Part shown: positions 20,023 to 31,805 of the stretch, piece after piece | Numbering within the stretch: position 1 is the stretch's first letter | Layout of the letters: the number at the start of each line of letters is the position of its first letter | Source: an uncultured Bacilli bacterium | Lineage (GTDB): Bacteria; Bacillota_I; Bacilli_A; RF39; UBA660 | Direction: 5' to 3' | NCBI GenBank assembly: GCA_949439935.1 | Contig: CASRZA010000002.1 | Location: forward strand, 1 to 53,629 | Length of the DNA: 53,629 nt | Position numbers and translations under genes: made by a program | The notes under the pieces: generated by a model | Databases searched by the model: none | Seen by the model: only the letters and a program-made list of their open reading frames with translations | What the model was told of the DNA's origin: nothing

Positions 20023-21168
20023 CTAACGACCTTTCCTATTATGCTTCTTCTTTTTTGAATTTTTACTATTTTGATTGTTGATAACTTTGTTTTTTTCCAC
20101 AGTTGGATTTTCTTTCTTTGATAGCTCACTACTCTCGTGAGATTCCTTTTCTTTAAAATCTAACTTTTTATTTTCAGTATACTTTGCATCTTTTACTTTT
20201 TTATCACTTTTATCTTTATTCGATTTCTTACTACTTTTTCCACCCTTTAAAATAAAATTCTGTATTATTACGAAACCATTAGAAACTATCCAATAAAGTG
20301 CTAAAGCTGTCGGCAAACTCAAAGAAGCGATAGAAATAAAGATGATCATAAACTTCATAGTCATTTCCATCTGTTTGTCTTGCTCAGGATTTCCAGTAGA
20401 AGTACTCATAGAAAATTTATAAGAAAAATAAGTTGTCAATATGATAAGCACGATCAATATTATATAGTAGAAATTTCCGTCTTTGATTCCTACAAAAGGA
20501 GATGTCCCTAATTGCAAAGTCAAGAAATAACCTTCAAAGATTGCAGGAACTCTATTGATAGCCTCTAAAAATGCTAACAAGATAGGCAACTGTATGAACG
20601 ATACTAAACAACCACCTGCTGGATTGATATTATATTTTTTATATACCATCATCAATTCTTGACTCATCTGCATCGCAGTCGCTTGGTCGGTAGAGCTTCC
20701 ATATCTTTTTTGTATAGCTTGCAATTCAGGTTGAGCTTTCTTCATATTTTCTGATTGCATTAATGTCTTTTTTGTAAACGGAAATAATATCAACCTAATC
20801 AAAATTCCGAGGATCACCACAGCTAAGCCATAGTTGCTAACTAACTCACCTAACTTTATTATGATATAAGCCAAGGGCTTTATGAAAATACTTTCCCATA
20901 GCCCGTTATACTTTAAATCTCCAGGGGCAAAACTTGAACAAGGCCTCAAAGAATCAAAATCGACATCCATATTAGCCTTATTTTCTTCATAAATCTTTAA
21001 AAGATCTTCATCCTCTGGTAAACATAGAATATTAGAGGTCAACGACTGACCGGTTACTTCATTTACGATCTTCTTTTTATTGTCGTCCGACAAATATTTA
21101 GTACACCCTGTACTCATAGTCAAAAGTACGAGTAACGCTACTAATAATTTTTTATTTTTTTTCATCAC
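20023..21168 (-). CDS. yidC: Membrane protein insertase YidC/SpoIIIJ (lipoprotein type) with a long basic tail
   Basis: Lipobox LTMSTGC, a 60-kDa-IMP-type TM core, and a Lys-rich C-terminal extension. Confidence 0.9.
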   Translation of the reverse strand: MMKKNKKLLVALLVLLTMSTGCTKYLSDDNKKKIVNEVTGQSLTSNILCLPEDEDLLKIYEENKANMDVDFDSLRPCSSFAPGDLKYNGLWESIFIKPLAYIIIKLGELVSNYGLAVVILGILIRLILFPFTKKTLMQSENMKKAQPELQAIQKRYGSSTDQATAMQMSQELMMVYKKYNINPAGGCLVSFIQLPILLAFLEAINRVPAIFEGYFLTLQLGTSPFVGIKDGNFYYIILIVLIILTTYFSYKFSMSTSTGNPEQDKQMEMTMKFMIIFISIASLSLPTALALYWIVSNGFVIIQNFILKGGKSSKKSNKDKSDKKVKDAKYTENKKLDFKEKESHESSELSKKENPTVEKNKVINNQNSKNSKKKKHNRKGR

Positions 21169-21494
21169 ATTTTTCCTTTCATTATTTCAACTAATGAATT
21201 ATCGAGTACATCATAACTCGAATTTAAACACTCGTTCCTTATCATTATAATATAATCTCTATCATTTTTAAATAACTTTTTATTGTTATCGATAATACTT
21301 CTGGTTTGTCTTTTAAGTCTATTTCTAACGACAGCTTTGCCAATTGTCGTCTTTATAGCTATTCCAAAATGCGGATATCTGTTCTCTTTTGAAATCACGT
21401 CGTAAACTACAAAATACCTATCTTTATTATAATGCCCGTGCTTTATGATGTAATTAAACCTATTTTGATCCTTTATCATCTCACTTCTTTTCAC
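21165..21494 (-). CDS. rnpA: Ribonuclease P protein component
   Basis: RNR motif (AVVRNRLKRQ). GTG at 21494 lies 7 nt after a GGAGG (21502-21506), so the track start at 21515 probably includes the RBS. Confidence 0.85.
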   Translation of the reverse strand: MKRSEMIKDQNRFNYIIKHGHYNKDRYFVVYDVISKENRYPHFGIAIKTTIGKAVVRNRLKRQTRSIIDNNKKLFKNDRDYIIMIRNECLNSSYDVLDNSLVEIMKGKM

Positions 21495-21541
21495 ATCCCT
21501 GCCTCCTTTAATCATAGAATAAAAACCACCTAAAAAGTGGT

Positions 21542-21664
21542 TTACTTACAAAGTACTTTACGACCTTTTTTTCTTCTAGATTTTAAAATATTGCTTTCTT
21601 TTCTAGCAAAGAAACCGTGCTTTTTACTTTTTTTACGATTATTTGGTTGATAAGTTCTTTTCAT
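21542..21664 (-). CDS. rpmH: 50S ribosomal protein L34
   Basis: Not in the ORF track. Hand translation gives [40 protein letters not shown] (40 aa), a typical L34, upstream of rnpA. Confidence 0.9.
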   Translation of the reverse strand: MKRTYQPNNRKKSKKHGFFARKESNILKSRRKKGRKVLCK

Positions 21665-21755
21665 CTTTTGCACCTCCACATCTAAAAATTCATCTGTATT
21701 ATATTATAATGATATAACAAAAGTCAAGTTTATTACTTAAAAGTTATCAACAATT

Positions 21756-21897
21756 TTTTCCACACGATTTCCACACCGTGTGGATAAATTATCAACAATG
21801 TTGAAAAACCAAAATTGTGGAAACTGTGGATAAGTTTGTCGAACCCTGTCGAAATAGCATTTTAAAAGAATTATTTTTCCACAGTATCTGTAGATAA
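21756..21897. promoter_or_regulatory. oriC part 1: DnaA-box cluster upstream of dnaA
   Basis: TGTGGATAA (perfect) at 21779 and 21825. TTTTCCACA at 21756 and 21875, ATTTCCACA at 21767, TGTGGAAAC at 21816, TGTAGATAA at 21889. Confidence 0.85.
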
Positions 21898-21990
21898 CCA
21901 TGTTGAAAATTTCATTTTTGCAAAAAAGTTCTTTATCTTTTTTTTAATTTACGTTAAAATATTTTTATCAAATGCAGGGTGGTGATGGAT

Positions 21991-23412
21991 ATGGAAGAAA
22001 ACAATCTTATATGGCAAAATTTTATTGGTCTTCTTAAGAATAGGATTTCTACTGTATCGATCAACTCCTGGTTTAAATACTGTAAAATATATAAGATAGA
22101 AGATTCTGTAGAAGATAATAAAGCGATAAAGATCATAACGATCATGACTAGTTCCTTATTCATAAAAGAAGCTCTAATAAAAAGGTATTTAGAAACTATC
22201 GAGGAACTGATGGAATCTATTTTAGGAAAAAGTTGTAATATAGAATTTGTCTTAGAAGAAGAAATAATTAATTCTAAAAACGACGAATCAGAAAAAGCTG
22301 CTACAGCCTCTCGAGATGAACTGGAGACTAAAATAGATTTTCCTGTGGAAAACACTCCTACTTATCAACAGCCTATCGAAAACAATTTAATCGACAAATA
22401 TTCTTTTGAGAATTTCGTCGTTGGAGAATCGAATCGATTAGCGCATACAGCAGCCTTATCAGTCGCCGAGCAACCTGGAAAGTTGTATAATCCGTTTTTT
22501 ATTCATGGTAAAAGTGGTCTAGGAAAGACACATCTCATGCATGCGATCGGAAATTACATAAAATCTACCTCTGGGAAGCGAGTGCTTTATGTAACGAGTG
22601 AAAAATTCATCAACGATTTTAGATTGATGAATATGAACAAAGGTTCAAACTACGTTCAATTTTTCAAAGATAAATATCGTGGTATAGATGTCTTGATGAT
22701 CGACGACATTCAGTGTCTAGAAAAAGCGGAGAAAACTCAACAAGAATTCTTCCATACTTTCAATAGTTTATACGATATGAACAAGCAGATTATAATAAGT
22801 TCAGATAGAAGTCCCGACGATTTAAAACTTTTAGAAGAACGTCTTAGAACTCGCTTTAGTTGGGGACTGACAGTTAACATATATCCGCCAGACATAGATT
22901 TAAAGAAACGGATAGTAAAAAATAAGATGCTCGGGCATGCAGTCGCCAGTCTAGTCGAAGAAAATGTCATCGAATATATAGCCGCGAACAGTGAAAATGA
23001 TGTTAGACACATCGAAGGCGCAGTCACTAGACTTTATGCATATGCTGCGATGATGGGACCACACAGGATAGACTTAGAATTTGCAAATGAAGCACTTAGA
23101 GATTATCTGAAAAACTCAGTATATATGGACAGTAATATAGCTAAAATACAGAAAGCAGTCGCAGATTATTACAAAATAACAGTAGAAGATCTAAAAAGCA
23201 AAAAACGAACTTCGAATATCAACTATCCTAGACAAGTCGCAATATATCTCTGTAGAACTTACACGGACGAATCTTTCCCTAAGATAGGATTAGAGTTCGG
23301 AAACAGAGATCATTCGACAATTATGTACGCTTGTGATAAAATAAAAGAGGATTTGGAAAATAATCTACAATTGAAAGAAGCAGTTAAAGAAATTAAAAAT
23401 AACATCGGATAA
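21991..23412 (+). CDS. dnaA: Chromosomal replication initiator protein DnaA
   Basis: Walker A GKSGLGKTHL, AAA+ core, and C-terminal DNA-binding domain (NRDHSTIMYA). ATG at 21991 (MEENNLIWQNF) follows GGGTGGTGA; starts at 21979 or 21985 are also possible. Confidence 0.97.
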   Translation: MEENNLIWQNFIGLLKNRISTVSINSWFKYCKIYKIEDSVEDNKAIKIITIMTSSLFIKEALIKRYLETIEELMESILGKSCNIEFVLEEEIINSKNDESEKAATASRDELETKIDFPVENTPTYQQPIENNLIDKYSFENFVVGESNRLAHTAALSVAEQPGKLYNPFFIHGKSGLGKTHLMHAIGNYIKSTSGKRVLYVTSEKFINDFRLMNMNKGSNYVQFFKDKYRGIDVLMIDDIQCLEKAEKTQQEFFHTFNSLYDMNKQIIISSDRSPDDLKLLEERLRTRFSWGLTVNIYPPDIDLKKRIVKNKMLGHAVASLVEENVIEYIAANSENDVRHIEGAVTRLYAYAAMMGPHRIDLEFANEALRDYLKNSVYMDSNIAKIQKAVADYYKITVEDLKSKKRTSNINYPRQVAIYLCRTYTDESFPKIGLEFGNRDHSTIMYACDKIKEDLENNLQLKEAVKEIKNNIG

Positions 23413-23422
23413 TCTGTTGAAA

Positions 23423-23504
23423 TGTGGAAACATATCCACAGATTATCCACAAGATAAAAGCCCGTTATATGTGGACAAAAGTACACTTATCCACAGTTTC
23501 CACA
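23423..23504. promoter_or_regulatory. oriC part 2: DnaA-box cluster between dnaA and dnaN
   Basis: TTATCCACA (perfect) at 23443 and 23487. TGTGGAAAC at 23423, ATATCCACA at 23432, TGTGGACAA at 23470. GTTTCCACA at 23496 directly abuts the box at 23487. Confidence 0.85.
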
Positions 23505-23509
23505 AACGA

Positions 23510-23536
23510 TAATAACAATAATAATTATAATAATAA
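23510..23536 (+). promoter_or_regulatory. Candidate DnaA-trio / DNA-unwinding element
   Basis: Nine consecutive trinucleotides, TAA TAA CAA TAA TAA TTA TAA TAA TAA. They begin 5 bp after the tandem DnaA boxes and end just before the dnaN RBS. Confidence 0.5.
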
Positions 23537-23552
23537 GAAAGAAGGAAAAAAA

Positions 23553-24671
23553 ATGAAATTTACGATAGAAAAAAATACACTCTTAGAAAGCCTAAATAAT
23601 GTTACGAAAGCGATATCAATTAAAAACGTTATACCAGTTTTAAATGGAATAAAATTTGAATTGAGTAATGAAGGTCTTTACCTGACCGCAAGCGACACAG
23701 ATCTTACTATAAAATCTTTTATAGAAAAAGATAAGATTAAAAGTGTAGAACGTACAGGTAGTATAGTTATCCAAAGTAAGTATATTAATGAAATAATAAG
23801 AAAACTGCCAGATGACACGGTAGACATCGAAGTAATTGAAGGATTAAAAGTTCTGATAAAAGCTAAGACGAGTCATTTCAGTTTGAACTGTTTAAAAGTA
23901 GAAGATTATCCACAGATAAAATTAGAATACCAAAAAGATCCTATTGTAATAAAAGGAAGTCTATTTAAAACTATTATTAAACAAACCGTCTTTGCCATCA
24001 GTTCTCAAGAGTCTAGGCCTCTTCTTACAGGAATAAACTTTAAACTTCAAGGTAATATAATGGAAATTACTGCGACAGATTCATACAGACTAGCAAAAAA
24101 GACTATTACTTTACAAGAATTTATAAAAGATGAAATAAACATCACGATACCTGGAAACAATATAAGTGAACTAGACAAGATCATAAACGATGACGAACCA
24201 GTTGAAATGCACATCTTCTCTAATAAAATATTATTTATATACAAGAATATCACTTTCCAATCTAATTTATTGAGTGGTACATATCCAAATACTAATAACT
24301 TAATACCAGATAACTTCTCTACTATATTCAATACCAACTATGATGAGTTCTATAGTGCGATAGATAGAGCGTCACTTTTAACTCAAAGCAAAGAAAAAAA
24401 TATAGTTAAAATGGAAACGAAAGATAATGTATTAGTGATTTCATCTTTCGCCTCAGAAATAGGTCGTACGGAAGAAACGATTGCGATTGAAAAAAATGAA
24501 GGAGACAACGTAGGAATTTCGTTCAGTGCTAAATATATGATGGATGCACTTAAAACGATCGACGATACAGAACTAGTCGTATTTCTAAATAGTGAAATAA
24601 AGCCGATAGTGATTAAATCTGCTAAAGATGAGACTTTGGTACAATTAATTTTACCGATAAAAACATATTGA
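23553..24671 (+). CDS. dnaN: DNA polymerase III beta sliding clamp
   Basis: MKFTIEKNTLLESLNNV... is a typical DnaN N-terminus, and the ATG at 23553 follows GAAGGA. The track start at 23424 would translate through the DnaA boxes. Confidence 0.95.
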   Translation: MKFTIEKNTLLESLNNVTKAISIKNVIPVLNGIKFELSNEGLYLTASDTDLTIKSFIEKDKIKSVERTGSIVIQSKYINEIIRKLPDDTVDIEVIEGLKVLIKAKTSHFSLNCLKVEDYPQIKLEYQKDPIVIKGSLFKTIIKQTVFAISSQESRPLLTGINFKLQGNIMEITATDSYRLAKKTITLQEFIKDEINITIPGNNISELDKIINDDEPVEMHIFSNKILFIYKNITFQSNLLSGTYPNTNNLIPDNFSTIFNTNYDEFYSAIDRASLLTQSKEKNIVKMETKDNVLVISSFASEIGRTEETIAIEKNEGDNVGISFSAKYMMDALKTIDDTELVVFLNSEIKPIVIKSAKDETLVQLILPIKTY

Positions 24672-24698
24672 TGAAAAACCATTTTTCATCTTTTTTTT
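24670..24698 (+). terminator. Intrinsic terminator after dnaN
   Basis: Stem GATGAAAA / TTTTCATC followed by a T8 run. Confidence 0.6.
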
Positions 24699-24812
24699 AT
24701 TAGAATCTCCAAAAAATGGAAAAAAATACCAGTTTTTTCCAATCGCCGACAAATTTTGACAAATTTCGACAGAGAATTATGGTATAAGAATGCGCACAGG
24801 GAGGTGAAGAAG

Positions 24813-25310
24813 ATGGATTATATGGATAGTTATAAGATAAACACAGATACTTTGGCAATAGTACCTATAAACAGAAAGAAATCTAAAGTCTATGAAAACC
24901 AAAATATAATAATAGTAAAAAAGAATGCTAACAAGATCATCGAAGAAAATTGTGAATATTTTGGAAGCTCATATGCAGGACGAAAAAAAGGAACCATGGA
25001 TCTTATAGGCGTTACACATAAGGCACCGATTCTAATAGAAGATTCTCAAAATATAATATTTTTTCCTACGAGCAGTCCGAGATTAAACGATTGCAACTGG
25101 ATATCGCTTAATAATGTAGATAGCTTTTTGCCACATGATGACGACAGTATTATCACGTTTCAAAATAACCTATCGATCCAAGTGAACGTATCTAATAAAG
25201 TTATCAACAATCAGATTTTGAGAGCTACTAGATTAGAATCTGTCGCATCGAAGAGAAAAGATAAGTTTTATAAGGAAATAAATCGACAAAAAAACACAAA
25301 AAACATTTAA
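24813..25310 (+). CDS. comK: ComK-family competence transcription factor
   Basis: YFGSSYAGRKKGT, HKAPILI and IIFFPTSSP...CNWIS match ComK hallmark motifs. ATG at 24813 follows GGGAGGTG. Confidence 0.8.
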   Translation: MDYMDSYKINTDTLAIVPINRKKSKVYENQNIIIVKKNANKIIEENCEYFGSSYAGRKKGTMDLIGVTHKAPILIEDSQNIIFFPTSSPRLNDCNWISLNNVDSFLPHDDDSIITFQNNLSIQVNVSNKVINNQILRATRLESVASKRKDKFYKEINRQKNTKNI

Positions 25311-25336
25311 AACCGCCCGTATTTGTGGTATAATTA

Positions 25337-25370
25337 TTACTAGGTATAGAGGGTCATCTATACCTAGTAA
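25337..25370 (+). terminator. Strong hairpin between comK and recF (terminator or attenuator)
   Basis: 14-bp perfect stem TTACTAGGTATAGA / TCTATACCTAGTAA with a 6-nt loop and T-rich trailing sequence. An extended -10-like TGGTATAAT lies just upstream (25325-25333). Confidence 0.5.
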
Positions 25371-25400
25371 ATTTATATTTGAGGTCTTTAGGTGGCAATT

Positions 25401-28419
<3,019 letters not shown>

Positions 28420-28426
28420 GAGGTTT

Positions 28427-30991
28427 ATGATGGAAGAAGAAAATAAAGAACAAGAATTAGAACTTACATCAAATGAAACGACAGAGACCGATAAAGTTCA
28501 ACATAACGATATAGTAGACGAAATTGAAGGTTCCTTTGTAGAATACGCACTAAGTGTAATAACTGCAAGAGCTCTTCCAGATCTAAGAGATGGGTTAAAA
28601 CCTGTTCATAGACGAATTCTTTACTCTATGTATGAATCGGGCTATACTCCAGATAAACCTCACAAGAAATGTGCTCGTATAGTCGGAGACGTCATCGGTA
28701 AATACCACCCACATGGAGATTCTTCGATATACGACGCTATGGTTCGTATGGCACAAGATTTTAGTCTTAGATATATGCTTGTCGACGGCCATGGTAACTT
28801 CGGTAATATAAATGGAGATGGTGCAGCAGCATATCGTTACACAGAGTCTAGAATGGCTAAAATATCACTAGAAATGATACGTGATATAAATAAAAATACT
28901 GTCGATTTCGAACCAAACTTTGACGGTTTAGAAAAAGAACCAGTAGTACTACCATCAAGATTTCCGAATGTTTTAGTAAACGGAACGACGGGAATAGCCG
29001 TTGGTATGGCAACTAATATACCACCGCATAACTTAAGAGAAGTAATCGACGGTTGTATAGCCTACATAGACAATCCTGAAATAGATACATTAGGATTGAT
29101 GCAATATATAAAAGGACCTGATTTCCCTACTGGAGCTATCATACTAGGAAACAGTGGAATCAGAAAAGCTTATGAAACAGGTCGCGGATCTATAACGATC
29201 AGAAGTAATGCAATTATAGAAGAGAAAAATGGAAAAAACTACATAATAATCGATGAAGTTCCATACGGATTAAACACATTATCTCTTAAAGAAAAGGTAG
29301 CAAGCCTAGTTCATAACAAAGTGATCGATGGGATATCAGATTATCATACGGATCTAAAAAATGGTCTTAAAATAACGATTACGCTTAAAAGGGACGCGAA
29401 TCCACAAGTAGTATTAAACAACCTATATAAGCATACAGAATTCCAAACTACTTATGGTATATTGTTTATAATGCTCGATATGGGCGTACCAAAAACGCTT
29501 GGGTTAAAAGATATAATCAGCAAATACATCAATCATCAGAAAGAAGTTATCATAAGAAGAACAAAATTTGAACTCGATAAAGCAGAAAAACGAGTACACA
29601 TCTTAGAAGGTTATAAAATAGCACTCGATAATATCGATGAAGTTATAAAAATAATCAAAGAAGCCGAAAGCGATGTCATTGCTAAGGAAAAACTGATCAA
29701 GAGATTTGGCTTCTCAGAAATACAAGCTGATAGCATACTTGAATTAAAACTAAGACGTTTAACTGGCTTAGAAAGAAGCAAGATTGAAGAGGAACTAGCG
29801 AACTTACTACAGACTATTGAAGAATTAAAGAGCATCTTAGCTAGCGAACAAAAAGTTTTGGACATAATTAAAAAGGAATTAACTGAAATTAAAGAAAAAT
29901 ATGGCGATGAACGTCGTACTAAAATCGATATGACTGCAGTCGACTTTATAGAGGATGAATCACTTATCCCTGAAGAAAATAGTATTATTACCTTAACTGA
30001 CAAGGGATACATTAAACGTGTCGCAGCAAGCACTTATAAAATACAGAATCGCGGTGGTGTTGGCATAAAAGGAATGTCAACTAACGAAGAAGATAATGTT
30101 AAACTAATGGTAAACGTTTCTACACATGATTACATTCTATTCTTTACGAATAAAGGTAAAGTATATCGTATAAAAGGTTACGAAATACCTGAATTTGCTA
30201 GACAACACAAAGGTCTACCGATCATAAACCTTTTACAAATAGAAAAAGATGAACTAGTAAATTCAATAATCAAAGTTTCCAACGAAGATGAAGCAAAATA
30301 CCTACTATTTGCTACAAAAAAAGGAATTGTAAAGCGTACAAGCATTGACGAATTTGCTAATATTCGTCAAAATGGTAAGTTATGTATAACATTAAAGGAA
30401 AATGACGAACTTATAGAAGTTAAAAAGACAACAGGTGAAAATAAAATAATGTTAGGATCTTCAAATGGACGTGCAGTTCTATTTGACGAATCCGAAGTGA
30501 GAATAATGGGAAGAACAGCATCCGGAGTACGTGGTATATCGATGCCAGACGGTGAATGTATATGCGCAGAGGTATGTGATCTAAACACAAACATACTCAT
30601 TGTTACCGAAAAAGGTTACGGAAAGCGAACATTTGTTCGAGAATTTAGAGAAACAAGACGTGGTAGCAAGGGAGTTAAAGCTCTAAATATAACAGAAAAG
30701 AACGGTAATATTGTATCCTTCAAAATAGTTGACGATAACAAAGACATAGTAATTATTACTGATTCTGGAATGGTAATTAGATTAGAAACTGTTAAAATAT
30801 CTCAGTTAAGCCGCAATGCCCAAGGAGTTAGATTGATAAATCTTAAAGATAATCAGTCTGTTTCGTCGATTAGTATTGTAGAAAAAGATCAGACAGAAAA
30901 TAGCGAGATATCTGTTGAAGATTCTGAGCAATCCTCCAACGACCAACCTGCAGAAAATTTAAGTGATCAGACAGAAAAAGATGAAACGTAA
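28427..30991 (+). CDS. gyrA: DNA gyrase subunit A
   Basis: [16 protein letters not shown] region [10 protein letters not shown], catalytic Tyr region AAYRYTESR, and C-terminal beta-pinwheel repeats plus an acidic tail. Confidence 0.97.
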   Translation: MMEEENKEQELELTSNETTETDKVQHNDIVDEIEGSFVEYALSVITARALPDLRDGLKPVHRRILYSMYESGYTPDKPHKKCARIVGDVIGKYHPHGDSSIYDAMVRMAQDFSLRYMLVDGHGNFGNINGDGAAAYRYTESRMAKISLEMIRDINKNTVDFEPNFDGLEKEPVVLPSRFPNVLVNGTTGIAVGMATNIPPHNLREVIDGCIAYIDNPEIDTLGLMQYIKGPDFPTGAIILGNSGIRKAYETGRGSITIRSNAIIEEKNGKNYIIIDEVPYGLNTLSLKEKVASLVHNKVIDGISDYHTDLKNGLKITITLKRDANPQVVLNNLYKHTEFQTTYGILFIMLDMGVPKTLGLKDIISKYINHQKEVIIRRTKFELDKAEKRVHILEGYKIALDNIDEVIKIIKEAESDVIAKEKLIKRFGFSEIQADSILELKLRRLTGLERSKIEEELANLLQTIEELKSILASEQKVLDIIKKELTEIKEKYGDERRTKIDMTAVDFIEDESLIPEENSIITLTDKGYIKRVAASTYKIQNRGGVGIKGMSTNEEDNVKLMVNVSTHDYILFFTNKGKVYRIKGYEIPEFARQHKGLPIINLLQIEKDELVNSIIKVSNEDEAKYLLFATKKGIVKRTSIDEFANIRQNGKLCITLKENDELIEVKKTTGENKIMLGSSNGRAVLFDESEVRIMGRTASGVRGISMPDGECICAEVCDLNTNILIVTEKGYGKRTFVREFRETRRGSKGVKALNITEKNGNIVSFKIVDDNKDIVIITDSGMVIRLETVKISQLSRNAQGVRLINLKDNQSVSSISIVEKDQTENSEISVEDSEQSSNDQPAENLSDQTEKDET

Positions 30992-31003
30992 TCATCTTTT
31001 TTT
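30977..31003 (+). terminator. Weak intrinsic terminator at the gyrA stop
   Basis: Stem AAAGATGA / TCATCTTT enclosing the TAA stop in its loop, followed by a T-run. Confidence 0.45.
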
Positions 31004-31019
31004 ATTATATAATTTAAAG

Positions 31020-31033
31020 CGAACATTTGTTCA
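31020..31033. promoter_or_regulatory. LexA (Cheo/SOS) box-like palindrome
   Basis: CGAACATTTGTTCA contains the GAAC-N4-GTTC core of the Firmicute LexA operator. It lies 7 bp downstream of a TATAAT (31008-31013). Confidence 0.35.
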
Positions 31034-31056
31034 CTTTGTATCGATAACTTGACTAA

Positions 31057-31072
31057 TGTTCCACGTGAAACA
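31057..31072. promoter_or_regulatory. parS site 0
   Basis: TGTTCCACGTGAAACA, identical to the B. subtilis parS consensus. Confidence 0.85.
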
Positions 31073-31090
31073 TTATACGTTGCCACAAAA

Positions 31091-31106
31091 TATTTCCCGG
31101 GAAATA
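31091..31106. promoter_or_regulatory. Noc-binding site (NBS) 0
   Basis: TATTTCCCGGGAAATA inside a 24-bp perfect palindrome (31087-31110). Its centre is 34 bp from the parS 0 centre. Confidence 0.8.
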
Positions 31107-31230
31107 TTTTTAACGCGAATTCACTATTAGCTTTTTTCAGATCATGAATCTCTCTAAAAATGAGTATCAAATGTGAGTAATACACTATTCATTCTTATAT
31201 AAGGAGTATATAATTGCCAACTTATCCACA

Positions 31231-31246
31231 TGTTCCACGTGGAACA
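31231..31246. promoter_or_regulatory. parS site 1
   Basis: TGTTCCACGTGGAACA (perfect palindrome), immediately preceded by DnaA box TTATCCACA (31222-31230). Confidence 0.85.
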
Positions 31247-31264
31247 TTGTAATATACCACAAAA

Positions 31265-31280
31265 TATTTCCCGGGAAATA
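31265..31280. promoter_or_regulatory. NBS 1
   Basis: TATTTCCCGGGAAATA, centre 34 bp from the parS 1 centre. Confidence 0.8.
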
Positions 31281-31417
31281 ATATTAACGCAATTTGCCAT
31301 CGGTTTATTCATTATTAACCCTTTCAGACTGTGAATCACTCCAAAAATGGGTAGCATATGTAGCTAATCGACTGTTAATTTTTATATAAGACGTGTATAA
31401 TTACTAACCTATCCACA

Positions 31418-31433
31418 TGTTCCACGTGGAACA
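31418..31433. promoter_or_regulatory. parS site 2
   Basis: TGTTCCACGTGGAACA, preceded by CTATCCACA (31409-31417). Confidence 0.85.
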
Positions 31434-31451
31434 TTGCAAGATGTCGCAAAA

Positions 31452-31467
31452 TATTTCCCGGGAAATA
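31452..31467. promoter_or_regulatory. NBS 2
   Basis: TATTTCCCGGGAAATA, centre 34 bp from the parS 2 centre. Confidence 0.8.
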
Positions 31468-31558
31468 ATATTAACGCAATTTGCCATCGGTTTATTTCAT
31501 TATTAACCCTTTCAGACTGTGAATCACTCCAAAATATGTGACATAAGTGGATAATTTA

Positions 31559-31587
31559 TTGTTAATTCTTATAAAAGTGTGTATAAT
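31559..31587 (+). promoter_or_regulatory. Sigma-A-like promoter inside a repeat unit
   Basis: TTGTTA (31559-31564), 17-bp spacer, TATAAT (31582-31587). It is oriented to transcribe into the DnaA box, parS 3 and NBS 3. Confidence 0.5.
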
Positions 31588-31603
31588 TACCAACTTGTCC
31601 ACA

Positions 31604-31619
31604 TGTTCCACGTGGAACA
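31604..31619. promoter_or_regulatory. parS site 3
   Basis: TGTTCCACGTGGAACA, preceded by TTGTCCACA (31595-31603). Confidence 0.85.
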
Positions 31620-31637
31620 TTGTAATCTGTCACAAAA

Positions 31638-31653
31638 TATTTCCCGGGAAATA
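31638..31653. promoter_or_regulatory. NBS 3
   Basis: TATTTCCCGGGAAATA, centre 34 bp from the parS 3 centre. Confidence 0.8.
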
Positions 31654-31744
31654 ATATTAACGCGATTTGCTATCGGTTTATTTTATTATTAACCCTTTCA
31701 GACTGTGAATCACTCCAAAATATGTGACATAGGTGGATAATATA

Positions 31745-31773
31745 TTGTTAATTCTTATAAAAGTGTGTATAAT
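31745..31773 (+). promoter_or_regulatory. Sigma-A-like promoter inside a repeat unit
   Basis: TTGTTA (31745-31750), 17-bp spacer, TATAAT (31768-31773). Degenerate versions occur in the units ending at 31230, 31417 and 31892. Confidence 0.5.
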
Positions 31774-31789
31774 TACCAACTTATCCACA

Positions 31790-31805
31790 TGTTCCACGTG
31801 GAACA
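31790..31805. promoter_or_regulatory. parS site 4 (unit lacking an NBS)
   Basis: TGTTCCACGTGGAACA, preceded by a perfect TTATCCACA (31781-31789). The NBS-containing segment is deleted in this unit. Confidence 0.85.

Noticed and set aside
23424-23552. N-terminal extension of dnaN proposed by the ORF track (METYPQIIHK...)
   Set aside because: It would translate through the DnaA boxes and the AT-rich unwinding element. The canonical DnaN N-terminus MKFTIEKN starts at 23553 behind an RBS.
24716-24740. TGGAAAAAA-N7-TTTTTTCCA hairpin upstream of comK as a ComK AT-box (AAAA-N5-TTTT)
   Set aside because: The A and T tracts are separated by 6 nt, not 5, and only one such motif is present. It is more likely a simple hairpin or part of the dnaN terminator region.
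30967-31357. ORFs 30967-31185 (-) and 31154-31357 (-) inside the repeat array
   Set aside because: They run through the palindromes and have no RBS. The equivalent frames in neighbouring cassettes are broken by single-base indels (TTTATTC, TTTATTTC, TTTATTTT), so the repeats are evolving as non-coding DNA.
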